A stretch of DNA of 64,000 bases from Phoronis australis (Eukaryota; Animalia; Phoronida): NCBI GenBank assembly GCA_002633005.1, contig NMRA01000069.1, positions 363,740 to 427,739 of the forward strand, written 5' to 3'. The notes beneath the pieces are model-generated. The model saw only the letters and a list, made by a program, of their open reading frames with translations, had not been told where the DNA came from and made no database searches. Of the stretch, positions 49,521 to 61,627 are shown piece by piece. Position 1 is the first letter of the stretch, and each line of letters opens with the position of its first letter. Both the position numbers and the translations under genes were made by a program.

Positions 49521-52500
49521 CCAGCCCACTGCATTATTTGTTGCTCTCAGTTAAAAATAAAACTTTCCCAGCCCATTGGGGCTTCAGACAAATGACTTAG
49601 TCTTGTTAGACAATTTCTAAAAGTGGCTCCATTTCTTTAAAAATAAATTCTACACCTCTGGCTCGTTTCCCATTGGCGCAAGGCAAAGGTGGTTCCCATT
49701 TTGTCTATTTATGAAGACACGGATTAAGTTAAGGCCCTTGTTACCCCTTCACATGTTCTCTGTCTTCCATTACCAATTTGTTACACCATTGTCTCTGTGA
49801 TAACTAGCCCGTGGCTATTATCTGTCGTGTCTTTCACTTGCGCTAGTCACCTGACGCCTGATTTCATTTCACGAATGTTTTGAATTGGCGTTGGTTCACA
49901 CAGAAAGCTATTAGCCCTCTAATTCAATTTGTTTCTGGCGAAGAACGTATTTAAAGTAGTACTATCACTTTTGTGATGATTTTTGGACCTAGCTGTGTGT
50001 GCTGGTGGCGAAGGAGGCGAATGAGTGAATTCAAGGCTTGCATTCAGTGAACCATAATGTTAATTGAGTGCACAGTCTTGATTTACTGTTGTAGCCAGCT
50101 GTGGATTTGCCTTCTCACTAAAAGTACTTGATAAATTGTGTATTTTTGGATACCATGTGGTTGAAAAGTGAACTATTTTTCTGTAATTTCGCAGCTGAAA
50201 TTTAAGGAAATTTTAGTTTATGAGTATAAAACATGGTTCGTCTTAGCTATGGTGAAACTATGCATGGTAATGTTTGGATTTTCTGTGTAATAGAACTTGT
50301 GTGTTTACAAAATATTTTTTTCAAATTTCTAGGTTAGGAATTTGACCACAGGAATGGTAATTTTCAGTGTGTTGGTGACAATGAGATGCTGTGGTGTGCT
50401 TAGCTTATAGCACAAGTATGTGATGTGGTCATCAGTATTGATGTCATCAGGCTAACGATGTAGGGCATGACTGTTTTGCTTGCACCCATTCCAGTCTCAC
50501 AATTAACCCTCAGTTCTCTCAGACTGGCAGTATTGAGTTACTTAGCAGTTATTGAATTAGTTATATCTGACTGAGTACACAGCAGTAAACTGGTATGAGC
50601 GAACTTGCTGGTAGAGAAAGCAAAAAAAATAACGTCAACCCAGGCAGTCACTTACCCGAATAGTCTTGACCTCCTCATGGTACAGTAACACTGGATTGTC
50701 ATAGTTTTTCAGTAGTTAAACACGGATGTAAAATTTTCCAATTTTCTATTTTTTCAAAAGCTGGCCGCCTTTTATATTATTTCGAAGCTGTTTGAATTTG
50801 CTGATGGTTGTCATGGTGATGAGAGGAAGGTAGGGCAAAAGCTTAACGTTAATGCATCTGGCAGTTTATTTCATAGGGAGGGGCGGAGTGGTGCTCTAAA
50901 CATTTTACAGGAACTAAGTTGGTGCGTGTCACCGTTCAAGGTGAGGTTAAAATATGTGTAAGACGGTTCACTAATAATCTGTCTTGTGGGAAGCTCGGCT
51001 TTTTTGTACCCCGTTGTGCAAGGACACGGTACACCATTGAGGCGGAAAGCCTTGTACTTGCGGTCTCTGAATATAGATTATTGGAAAGCGATAAACCGAA
51101 ACATGGCACTGATAGCAGAGTTGTTCTGAAATGACTAGGGCCTCCAGTGGTGATTTCCGAGATTAACACTGAACCAATATGTATCTTAGCTGTCTGACAT
51201 GGTGTTAGCATGCAAACATACCAGGTTGGATATCCAGTAAAGCCAAGCATCACTGCATCTTTGTATGTGTATTCTTAAGCGATAATTTGTTTTTAATTTG
51301 TTTTTGTACTATGGATGTCAGATCAGGTGTGAGTTGATGATAAGCCCTGTTCGCACCAAAGTGGTTATACTTTTAAGAATGATTCAAAGGTGATAACTTG
51401 GTCGGAACACTTTAAAACCGGTTTTAAAACTTGTATCTTTAGTGCAGTTATAACCCTTCAAGTTTGGCTTTGGGAAAGGTTTTACTGTTAGAACTCAGGG
51501 TGAACACATCAGTTGTGAAAGGTGGAACTCAGGTAGCACTGCAGTCAAATCTAATTGGAAACCATGGCACACGGAGGCATTAACTGAGGTGAACTGGAAA
51601 GCGATAGCACTGACGACTTACTAGCAGCTATACTGACTGTCAGTGTGAGTGTTAGTGATTACAGAATAGTCACAACTAAGGAAAAAGTTATAACCAGGTT
51701 TTGTGGGTTAGAACGCAGCTTTAATGCCATGACCATGTTATATATATCATGATATATGCAAATTAACTAAAATAAATTCAGAAACCAAAATTCTGTGTCA
51801 AAACAACAATTACGTTTATTAAATTAAAAATTCTCATTATTAAATTAAGTTACTACATAAAGAAGCTGGGAACATCTGAGTTGTCTATTCCATGGCTATG
51901 TATGATCCTAGTAGGCAGGCTGTCAATTCTTCGGATCCATAAAACACCGAATATTAATAAGGAAGGAGTTAACCCCATTTTGACCAGCACTGTGGCTTAA
52001 ATCAAGAATTAGTATTTGTGACAGAAGGCTGGTTAAAGCACCTTGCATTCTCCTGGTATGAGTGAACAGCTAGCTTATCTGTCAGCGATGTATCGCAATA
52101 TGATGTTGGGAAGTGGCTGGCTGACATTACCTTTTACTACCCACTGATGCCTGTGATGCCAGTGCCAGCTAGGTTTTTTACACTGGTCTTTTATTGCTTT
52201 ATTATAGACATTAACAGGCAGTAACTGAAGATTGTTTTCACTCCTTATGGATTGACTGTGGTTCTGGCTTCTGCCTGGTGCCTTGGGAGCTGTGGCGGTC
52301 ACCCCACTGATTTGTGGTTGCCATGGAAATGAGTCCATGGGGTTTTGCTGGTTTAGTGCAACCATTATGCCTTGTCTGTGTTACAAGACAACTCTGGGGC
52401 CATGTAATCAACACTGTTTTCCATCTTGTTATGATTTGTCGGGAAGAGTGGAAGCTGTCGGGTTTCACAATTTTTTCACAGTGTAGGAGTGGACAGTAAA

Positions 52501-54300
52501 AGTTCTCCGGTTTGGACAGTCTTGCAAAATTTGGAACATCGAATTTCATGAATTTTCTTGATCGTGAAGATGGGGACAAGTGCGACTTTGGTGTTTATGA
52601 TATTTCTTAAATATATAACATTGCGCTTTGCATTCGCAGAATCTGAAAATTGACTTGGCAGTTCATAAAATTCAGCTGCCGGCGTAACATTTTCATAACC
52701 TCCAGAAAATAATAAATTTTTCATGGTCTGCTATTTCACAGAATTTATGCCTATAACAGAGGCGACAATTATTGTGGAAATGATCAATGGGTGAATAAGG
52801 GGATCCCCTTTTTACATTTCTTGGCAGATTTTTATCGTTTGTTCATATTTTGTGAAACTACAGCATTATTTGTAAAACATCCAATTCCTGGTTTCTTTAG
52901 CTGCATAAACGATTTAACTCATTAGAGTCTTTCGGGAATTTGTATTGCGCTGCTGTCTTGAGTTAGGCAGCTCTAGACGTTGTACACTTAAGTTCACACT
53001 TCTTATCTACTGTTTTTTTGTGCCCACTTTTCACAACAAATTTAAATTCCAAAGTGTCTGGCAGTCAAAATTAGTGTTTAGCTGAACTAGCATGTCTGCA
53101 TATTCCACTTCCCCAGATTGGTTTCCTTATGTGCAGTGTGTGGCTGAGATTTGCATGGATTCAGAGGATTTGTCAGTTATACACCAGCTTTACATTTTTC
53201 ATATCTAAACAGTCACGATTTTTATGTTGGTGTTTCTATGTAAAGCATTTCAAACATATTTAAATGTTCGACTGGTGACTTGACTCAGATGGGTGTCTTC
53301 CTATCATGCACCCTATGTGCTGTTCTGTATCGCAAGACATATCCTCAAGACACTTGGCTATGGAACGGGAACGGTGTTTTTTCTCCCAGAATTCAGCATT
53401 CTAGCCCTGCTGACCTCTTCTCTGACGATCATTAGCATACAAAAAAATTGACTTTTACTTGTGTTGGGTGATGTTGCTTTTCTCTTAAGTTCCGTTCACA
53501 CGCAGACTTATCCCAGAACAAGTTACTCCTGGAACGAGGTGTTGCTAGGTGTGAGGGCTGTCTGGATGCTGTTTCTACTAGCGCAACTTATCTCACTTGT
53601 GACAATTTACTCCATATTATCGAGGTAGGGTGACTTATTCTGGGGTAACTTGTAATGGCTGTGTGGCTACAAAGTGAGGTGGGGGGGGGGGAAGTAACCA
53701 GCTGTGGTTACATACACTGTACTCGTGACAACTTCCACCTTACCCTAGTTATCGGGATGTGTGTGTGTGTGGATGTTCCACTTAAAAGAGTGGTAAGTTT
53801 CTCTAGAGTAAGTTGTAGGCTGTGTGTGGACCAAACTTTAAACTGAAGCTCTATGGAATACACCCTACCTTAAGCTCTGTGACCTCTGACCTCAAATCCT
53901 GTTGCAATCTTGCATGAGGCCAATTGTTGTCATCAGAAAACCTTTTGACGGTGTTGACTTCATCAGCGATTATATGCATCAACCGTCCCTGACGAGGTTT
54001 CGGCTTGTTTACATTGGCAAAATATTTTGCTCGAATTATTATAGTGAATTTTGGGGATAAAACAAGAGAAGCTTGATCGGACAGAAAGTGTTTGAAAATT
54101 GTCGAGATTCTGATGACGGCTTAGAAGCAAAGTCTACTATTAACTGAGATCAGCTGTTGTGCTGGTCTAATAAAGTGTCCCACGCCAATGTGATGAGTTG
54201 GTATAGGCTGTCAGTCCAGTGATTATCAGTGATTATCGATTATCCTGAATGTTAGTGTCAGAAATAACTAGTGGATACAATGATCTTATAAAATTATCAC

Positions 54301-54386
54301 CTGATCACACTAGCCAATGGCAGGCTAGTCTGATCACACTAGCCAATGGCAGGCTAGTCTGATCACACTAGCCAATGGCAGGCTAG
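54301..54386. repeat. 29-bp minisatellite, 3 copies, each with a small hairpin
   Basis: ctgatcacactagccaatggcaggctagt repeated, with stem actagcc/ggctagt. Confidence 0.97.
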
Positions 54387-55039
54387 CCAAGTATGCCCCG
54401 GTATGTGACCATGTGACCACGGTATTACAGTTGACTACTGAAGAAGGAAACATAGATTTCAAGAAAATCTTTCGTAAGTTCGGAGTCCAAGTTTTACGCT
54501 GTTTGTCTGTTGGTCGTCAAGGTTTGCTGTGGAATAATGAAAAAGTTACTCTTCATAGCAGTTTCTTTGGCTGCTGTCGTAATCATTAATCGTGCCATTC
54601 ACTTGTTTCATTGGAGTAATACTTGTGTCAAAATCATTTCCCGGGATGTACCTGGTTCATAGTCTAATGCCCATTTTATGTACTTTTGATTACACCTGAG
54701 TATTTTCTGGTGCACTTCCCGAGCATCGGCGAGTTGTAATATGCAGGTGTAATGTAGTGTAAAGTACGTTGGATGGATAAGAGATGGTTATAACACCAAG
54801 TTGGAGGATCTTTCAATTTTTGACCAAGTCAAGTTTATGACAAAATTCTGCGTTTCGGATCAGAAAATGAATATATTTGTTACAAACAAGACTAGTTGAT
54901 TGCTAACTGTGAATTATACAGGTAGTTAATTGTCAAGAGCATTGCTTACTTCAGGGGAATATTTCCGAGCCTCATTTTTGCAGAAAAACATATTTACAAC
55001 ACATAATGTGTGCACACTTAGTCACAAATAACATCACTA

Positions 55040-56420
55040 AATACCAAGTATGATAGATACAGAAAATCTAAATAAAATATGGAAGATCTTTCCACTTAAT
55101 TATGTGTCGCTCCCACTCAAAATTTTGTTTACAAATCAAATAATCGACTTTACAATAATCTATGATATATACCCGTAAATTTTCAAAAATAGGTACAGTT
55201 TTTTTGAATTTCTCCCTATATATAAATATTTTCATTAAGCAAAATATGATATCATATACAAACAAACTTCTATTGCAAAAACCTAACAAACCCTCTTTTA
55301 CGGAAATACTTACATTGTTGTGAAAAATCTGCTTGAGCCAAAATAGTAATTTGTTCCACAAAATTTTAACATATCTACACTCCCAGAACAAATGTACAAT
55401 TGATTCTGGGACTTCGTAACAAAAAGAACATAGAATTGAGTTTACAATACCAATTTTTTTTGAGAAAACATTTTATTAGAAGAATGTTGTGTACAATTCT
55501 ATAATTAAACCACCTCATTTTTGTATCAGTATACCTGCCAATAGCACTAGTTATAGAATCTCAATCCATACTTTTATTGGTCATGCTTAAGCTTAAATTC
55601 CATTTTACTTCTGAAGAAGGTTTATAGTACTGATTTTTAACAAATAAATCATAAAAATGAATAATGCCTTTTGGTGATCTAGTTACAACTTCACAACATT
55701 TTTTATAATCAAAACTGTGTTCTATCTTTTGAATTACATGGTGAATGCCGAAAACTTCGGTATAAGGGGGACAAAAGCCAGCCTTTTTACAGAATTAAGT
55801 ATAATTAATAAAACGCCCTGAGGGATGAATCAAGTCAGCCACAATATGAAAACCTTTCTCAAACCCTTTTATAGAATACCATTTTGCCACAAATCAATTG
55901 TATTATTGTTATACCACAATGGCTGCAAAGATAATTGCTTACCATTATTTATTATCAGCTGTAAATCACAGAACGATTGAAAAACCTCTTTCCAAAATGG
56001 GTTTTTAATTTTCAACAAAAGCCATTTATAGGAATAATCCCCAAATTGTAAGAATTCAAAAATTATCTGGCAAATAATCCAACAAGAACCGGATCCACGC
56101 ATCAACGTTATCCCCATTTTCCAAAATTTTTCTTATCCAGGTACATTTTAAGCTTTTAATAAATGATGTGATGTGAGGCATTTTGATCCCGCCATTTTCA
56201 TAATCTTGTATAATAACTTTTCTAGCGACCCTATCGATAGTTCTTGGAATAAGCTGTTTTCTACTGTATCGGTCTTAGTTTAACCAAATTCTTGTTACTC
56301 TTTTGATTACAAGTAATGCAATTGTCATTCACTACTTGTTAGTAAAATTTCCATCATTAGGTCATGTGACAATGTCTAATGAAGTAAGTTCTCACCATTA
56401 AGGACGCAATACAATCAGGG
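55040..56420 (-). mobile_element. Degenerate L1/Tx1-type LINE, 3' part of ORF2
   Basis: Broken minus-strand frames give GGIKMPHITSFIKSLKCTWIRK, KNPFWKEVFQSF, QPLWYN and CSFCYEVPESIVHLFWECRYVKILW (CCHC zinc knuckle, zf-RVT type). Many stops and frameshifts. Confidence 0.85.
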
Positions 56421-59400
56421 CTTTGAATTTTCCTCTTTTAAGAGAATTTCCTCTTTTTGGTTTCAATTTCCTTTTATATGATTTCTATTTTCCTCGTTTT
56501 TCATCTCTTTTTGTCATTATTTTGACGTTATTCATTCAAAAACATTTATTTCAGTTAAATTTTACTACCCAAAAAACCTTTTTTTCGCACAAGCCTATTT
56601 ATTTGTAGAACGATGCATAACCTGGAACACTTTCCTTTTTTGTCATTGGTCATTGCCAGCTCTGTACAAAGAATAATTTTTCTTTCATGTTCTCCAGACC
56701 TTGAAAGATAAGTACAACAAATGGTCATTGACCTCGATATTACATGCTATTTTATTACACATAAAAATGTTTCGGCAGGCTATGTTCAACATCTTATGAA
56801 CTACTAAGTCCAAATTTCAGACTTAGTTGATTCAAAACATCAGACTTTGTCCATTCAAAACGCCGTGTCCAATACGATGAACGACTAAATCACCCATGTC
56901 ATCCAAAATGAAGAAAAATTAATCTCGTCTGGAACTTTGGTGTCCCAAATTTCTGAGACTGTTCCGAACTGAAGAATTTTTAGTGTAACCTAAAATGTTT
57001 GACATTTCAACAAGAAGGCATATTTTCAATTTTTCCAAAATTCTTGCAATACTTGTGAATCTATCACTTTGTTTTAAACCTACCATAGCTGACTAGTGCA
57101 GATGACTGGATATCAATGAGTTGTTAGAATTGTAAATAAAAAGACCCTTCCTAAGTTGGGGACAGATCATTATGTTCTACCGTATGGCCTTAGTGATGGT
57201 AATCTCTTTCCAGATCCTTTGGGAATTATAGCAAGTCTCTGATCTTCATTATCACAATCGATATGTTGTTGTGCGTTTTCAAAAGTATCGACAATCATTT
57301 TCAGTTACATAAGGCAATTCCTGGAATTCCATCTCTTGAGACAATACGGAAACAAAAGTCTTTATAATATTCAAAAACTGATGTTTGTATTTGTATTGAT
57401 CAAGCAGAAATTAATGTTTGTATTTATATTGTTCATACGTTTACCACGCCACTTGTATTTGTCACATAACAATATAAGAAAAGAGGGGATTAGTGTTAAT
57501 TTTTAATGAGATTATATAGTGAAACTAATTAGCGACTGTGTATTGAACACCTGCTTTTGATACCTACATCAATGCATGAAAAACTAATCTCATTAACATG
57601 CGAGCTAAGGCGCTAATGTTGTATCAAACAAAATAAACTTTCAACTGGTTATTAAGGTTATCTCCAACATTTTTCACAAAAATTGTCATTTTTACAATAT
57701 TTCACATGTGTCTAGTAAAATACCTCATCTTTATTCTCGGGGAACTTCAAATACAAAATAAATACTGCGTAGGGAGAAAAAAAAGATTCGACAGAACCAC
57801 CTTGGAACCGCATAGTCGCGTGGATATTTGTTTACTACTTATCCGAGGTCAAATGTTAAAGGGCCTTCAATCAATTCGAATCTCCCGCCAGGTACAGAAC
57901 AGCTTCGTATACCCTTAGTCCTTTCATTCACAAAATCGCCATAATATTGAGTAAACGAGGTGTACTTATGGTGGAATGATGCCGGGGAAAACAAAGACAA
58001 AACTTAGTTTTGATCCTAAGGGAGTTGTGTGTCTACATGCATACGACCATTGGCGTAAGAATGAATGCTACGGTCGCCTCAGGCCTCTGTGGTCATGAAC
58101 ACAGCAAATTGTGAAAAGAGATAAATCCACACCCTAATTCCTTCATTCAATTAATAACATTTCAATGTTTTGATGTCATGCTAATGACATACTTTAACCA
58201 CCGATTCGATTTTTGTAATCCATTTCTTACTCGATTTCATATCAGTCTCCCCGCACGTGACGTGTACAGGCTATAAACTTTGACCTATTTATATCAAAGT
58301 AGGTCAAATGGTCACAAACAACAGTAAGAGTTAGCTAGGAAAGGTACGTGTTAATGATAAATAAGTTAAATACGCGCTGCAAAATGAGTCGACATTGTGA
58401 GTGAATGTTGAAATAGCGAACATATTTAAGGCTAGTATAGGTTATGTGTACCGAAAACAAGCTTTCACCGAATAATGAACTAAAGACTTTGACATTTTTT
58501 ACCAGTTTAATTAATGGGCTTTTTCTCAGCTTCAGCAAATCGACTTCATTTGAACTGAAGAACACGAGTTCTCGAAAATGGCTCAGTGGATTTCGCTGAA
58601 ACTTACCAAATTTGATATTTAGTCATCAGTCTCAAAAATGCTGTTATGATTTTCGATATAAAGGCCTGTTTTTTGTGTAATTTAACAAAGATGAATACGA
58701 CTTCCGTTTTTTACAAAGATACCTTATATTTTGCGAGTTGATTTGTCATAGAAACCAAACGAACAGACTAATCGAATATTCCTAACAGCATTTTTTAGAT
58801 AACTGGTGAAGTTTTCATTAAAATCGACCGAGGGGTTATTTTTCTATGAATGTACCTTTCTTAAAAATAAAATTTTGACTTTAAAAAAGTTTTTACGTAA
58901 AAATGATAATGGTACATTAATACAAAAAGTATGTTCATATTCCCTAATCATTTTTCTTTCAGAAAATTTCTGCTTTTACTAGTTGACAAAGCTTAGTGTT
59001 TTTTTTTTGATATACGAGTTAGAATAGAGGCCACTAAATATGGTTGGAGGTAACCTTGAAGGTATGGAAGGTATGGCATTGGTTTTGCAGCCGAGGATTA
59101 TTGCGGGATGGGGTGGACTTCTTGAAGTTCATAGCTCTGACAAAATCCTTTGTTTTTACGATAAATCACCAATTTTTGCCATTGCGTGACATAATTCACG
59201 AAATCAAGGTTGGTGACCATTTTGAGTTAAATGCGCTTAAAATAGTCTGCGAGTGGTCAAGTGGTATGTTTAAGCTACACCAGCAGAGAGTTAGGCTGCT
59301 GCCACACTGGTTGGAGGCTTGAGGGGAGGTTTTAGCTCATCTCAGAAAATAACTTTTCTCACTGGTGGTGTCTCTTTAAGGTTGACTTGATATTATGTGT

Positions 59401-59910
59401 GTGTTGGTTGTGCAGGTTACTACCATAAGTCAGTCTATAATAGGAATTCAACTCTGGCTACTTAAGGAATGCTGATGTACGACTGTTGAATCATTCAGAA
59501 CAGCGTACAACCTTATTGGAAAACAGTGCTTCAAAAACAGGTGAATTTGAAGTATTGTATATGTATGGTCGGATTATAAATGAAGTAACGTGCTTATGGC
59601 TGTAGAATAGTGAATATTTGAGAAATATTTAACACAAGCCGTTATTCACAGCGACACCTGTTGTTAACTGTTAACTTCAAACACCATTAACATTGCATCA
59701 AAATGTCAAATCCGTCTAGTTTTTGCAAAGTTTCCGTGTACTCCTAACTTTGTTCCTAGACCGAAGTTAACCGTTGATACCGACCGACACTCTTCGAAAT
59801 TTCGGCACTTCGACGTTGGTATGAAGGACTCTTTAAATGGCTAGTCTCGGTTGTTGCTTTTGACTGTATGCTAAATGATATCTCAGCTTATGTGTTCATT
59901 CTTTTTTCAG

Positions 59911-60009
59911 ATCATAGATGATCATTATCTGCTCGAACACCATCACGTCACCCGCCGTTCCACACAATCTAGTCAATTTCATCATTCACTGTTAGCAGAC
60001 GACAAGGAG
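59911..60009 (+). CDS. furin: Furin-like proprotein convertase, second coding exon (prodomain with internal cleavage site)
   Basis: Acceptor ttcattcttttttcag|, 99 nt reading IIDDHYLLEHHHVTRRSTQSSQFHHSLLADDKE, donor GAG|gtaagt. Phase 0-0, in frame with 27768. Aligns without gaps to the recalled 33-aa furin exon IFGDYYHFWHRGVTKRSLSPHRPRHSRLQREPQ. It is too short to appear in the ORF track. Confidence 0.92.
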
Positions 60010-61627
60010 GTAAGTGGGCGCCACCTGTGGGCAAGCTTCTCCTGACTGAGCTCTTTGCCCGGGGTCTGATATTTGTACTCAAAATAGAATTCGATAAATA
60101 TTTTTGAAATTTTGCATTTTACTTTTGTGCGAATTCAAAATAAAAGTTTATTAGTCGGGGTCATTAAGTGCTAGCTAGGATTAGCTACTCATCTGTGTAA
60201 ACTAATATACTGTACTTGAATGCAGAATAATAGACACTTATTTTGAATTCGCACAGACTTAGAAAGGAAAATGTTAAAAATAACTTTGAGTTCGATTTCG
60301 AGGACAAAGATTACATCCCGGCTCATGTGTTTTGTAACGAAAAGTCTCAGTTTTCAACCACTGCTAGTTATTAGCTGTATGTAGGTATACTTGCAAACAA
60401 TGGTACTTGCTGCAAAACTTTCATTGGGGTTTTTGATTTTTATGTAGGGGTGTATTGGAACAACTTATTTAGTTTGTTTAGATGTAGTGAATGATGTTAT
60501 TAATAGCATTTATACAAAATGTATTTAGGACAAAATACAGTGGACAATTGGAATTTTGCGTAGTCGAAACAAAGCTAGCATTGCTGGGCCTTGCGCCATT
60601 TTTACTGTACAGCTGTACATGCAAATATTTACTTTTGTCAAAATTTAAGGATGAATTTCGACTAAGTTGCTAACGTTGTGCAAGGCTGTATCTTTTCACA
60701 GTCGAAGGTCAAAGGTCCATCTCGTTGCTCAGTGAATCTGCGTCAAAATTTAGAAGAGTTTGAACAAAGCATATCTAGTTACTTTTGGACACTTAGGAGC
60801 TGCACTTGGACCAGATTTCAGACACGTTTATCGAACTGAGAGCTTGTGGAAGACCTCTCCACCAGCATGTCTGGTGGTTAGGCCTCTAATTAAGAAGTAC
60901 AGTAACTTGGTGAATCTCTGGCCTAACGACATTTGTAGTGACTGAACATGTCTGGAACTCACTATTCGTGCGAGATATTTCAGTCAATTGCACACGAAGT
61001 ACAACCGTGTTTCCGTCNCCCGCCGTTCCACACAATCTAGTCAATTTCATCATTCACTGTTAGCAGACGACAAGGAGGTAAGTGGGCGCCACCTGTGGGC
61101 AAGCTTCTCCTGACTGAGCTCTTTGCCCGAGGTCTGATATTTGTCCTCAAAATAGAATTCGATAATATTTTTGAAATTTTGTATTTTACTTTTGTGCGAA
61201 TTCAAAATAAGTGTTTATTAGTCGGGGTCATTAAGTGCTAGCTAGGATTAGCCACTCATTTGTGTAAACTAATATACTGTACTTGAATGCAAGGCTGTAT
61301 CTTTTCACAGTCGAAGGTCAAAGGTCCATCTCGTTGCTCAGTAAATCTGCGTCAAAATTTAGCAGAGTTTGAACAAAGCATATCTAGTTACTTTTGGACA
61401 CTTAGGAGCTGCACTTGGACCAGATTTCAGACACGTTTATCGAACTGAGAGCTGGTGGAAGACCTCTCCACCAGCATGTCTGGTGGTTAGGCCTCTAATT
61501 AAGAAGTACAGTAACTTGGTGAATCTCTGGCCTAACGACATTTGTAGTGACTGAACATGTCTGGAACTCACTATTCGTGCGAGATATTTCAGTCAATTGC
61601 ACACGAAGTACAACCGTGTTTCCGTCG
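59951..61627. other. Near-identical tandem duplication across a single N (59951-61017 vs 61019-61627), probably two haplotypes
   Basis: The second copy starts mid-exon (cccgccgttcc) right after n61018 and lacks 60225-60682. Confidence 0.85.

Noticed and set aside
54301-54386. 29-bp hairpin repeats (also the 30-bp and 60-bp repeats) resembling CRISPR repeats
   Set aside because: The units are head-to-tail with no unique spacers, there are no cas genes, and the context is eukaryotic.
61019-61077. Second copy of the convertase exon as an alternative exon
   Set aside because: It begins at an N in mid-exon, has no acceptor, and its flanks are near-identical to the first copy. This indicates an assembly artefact.
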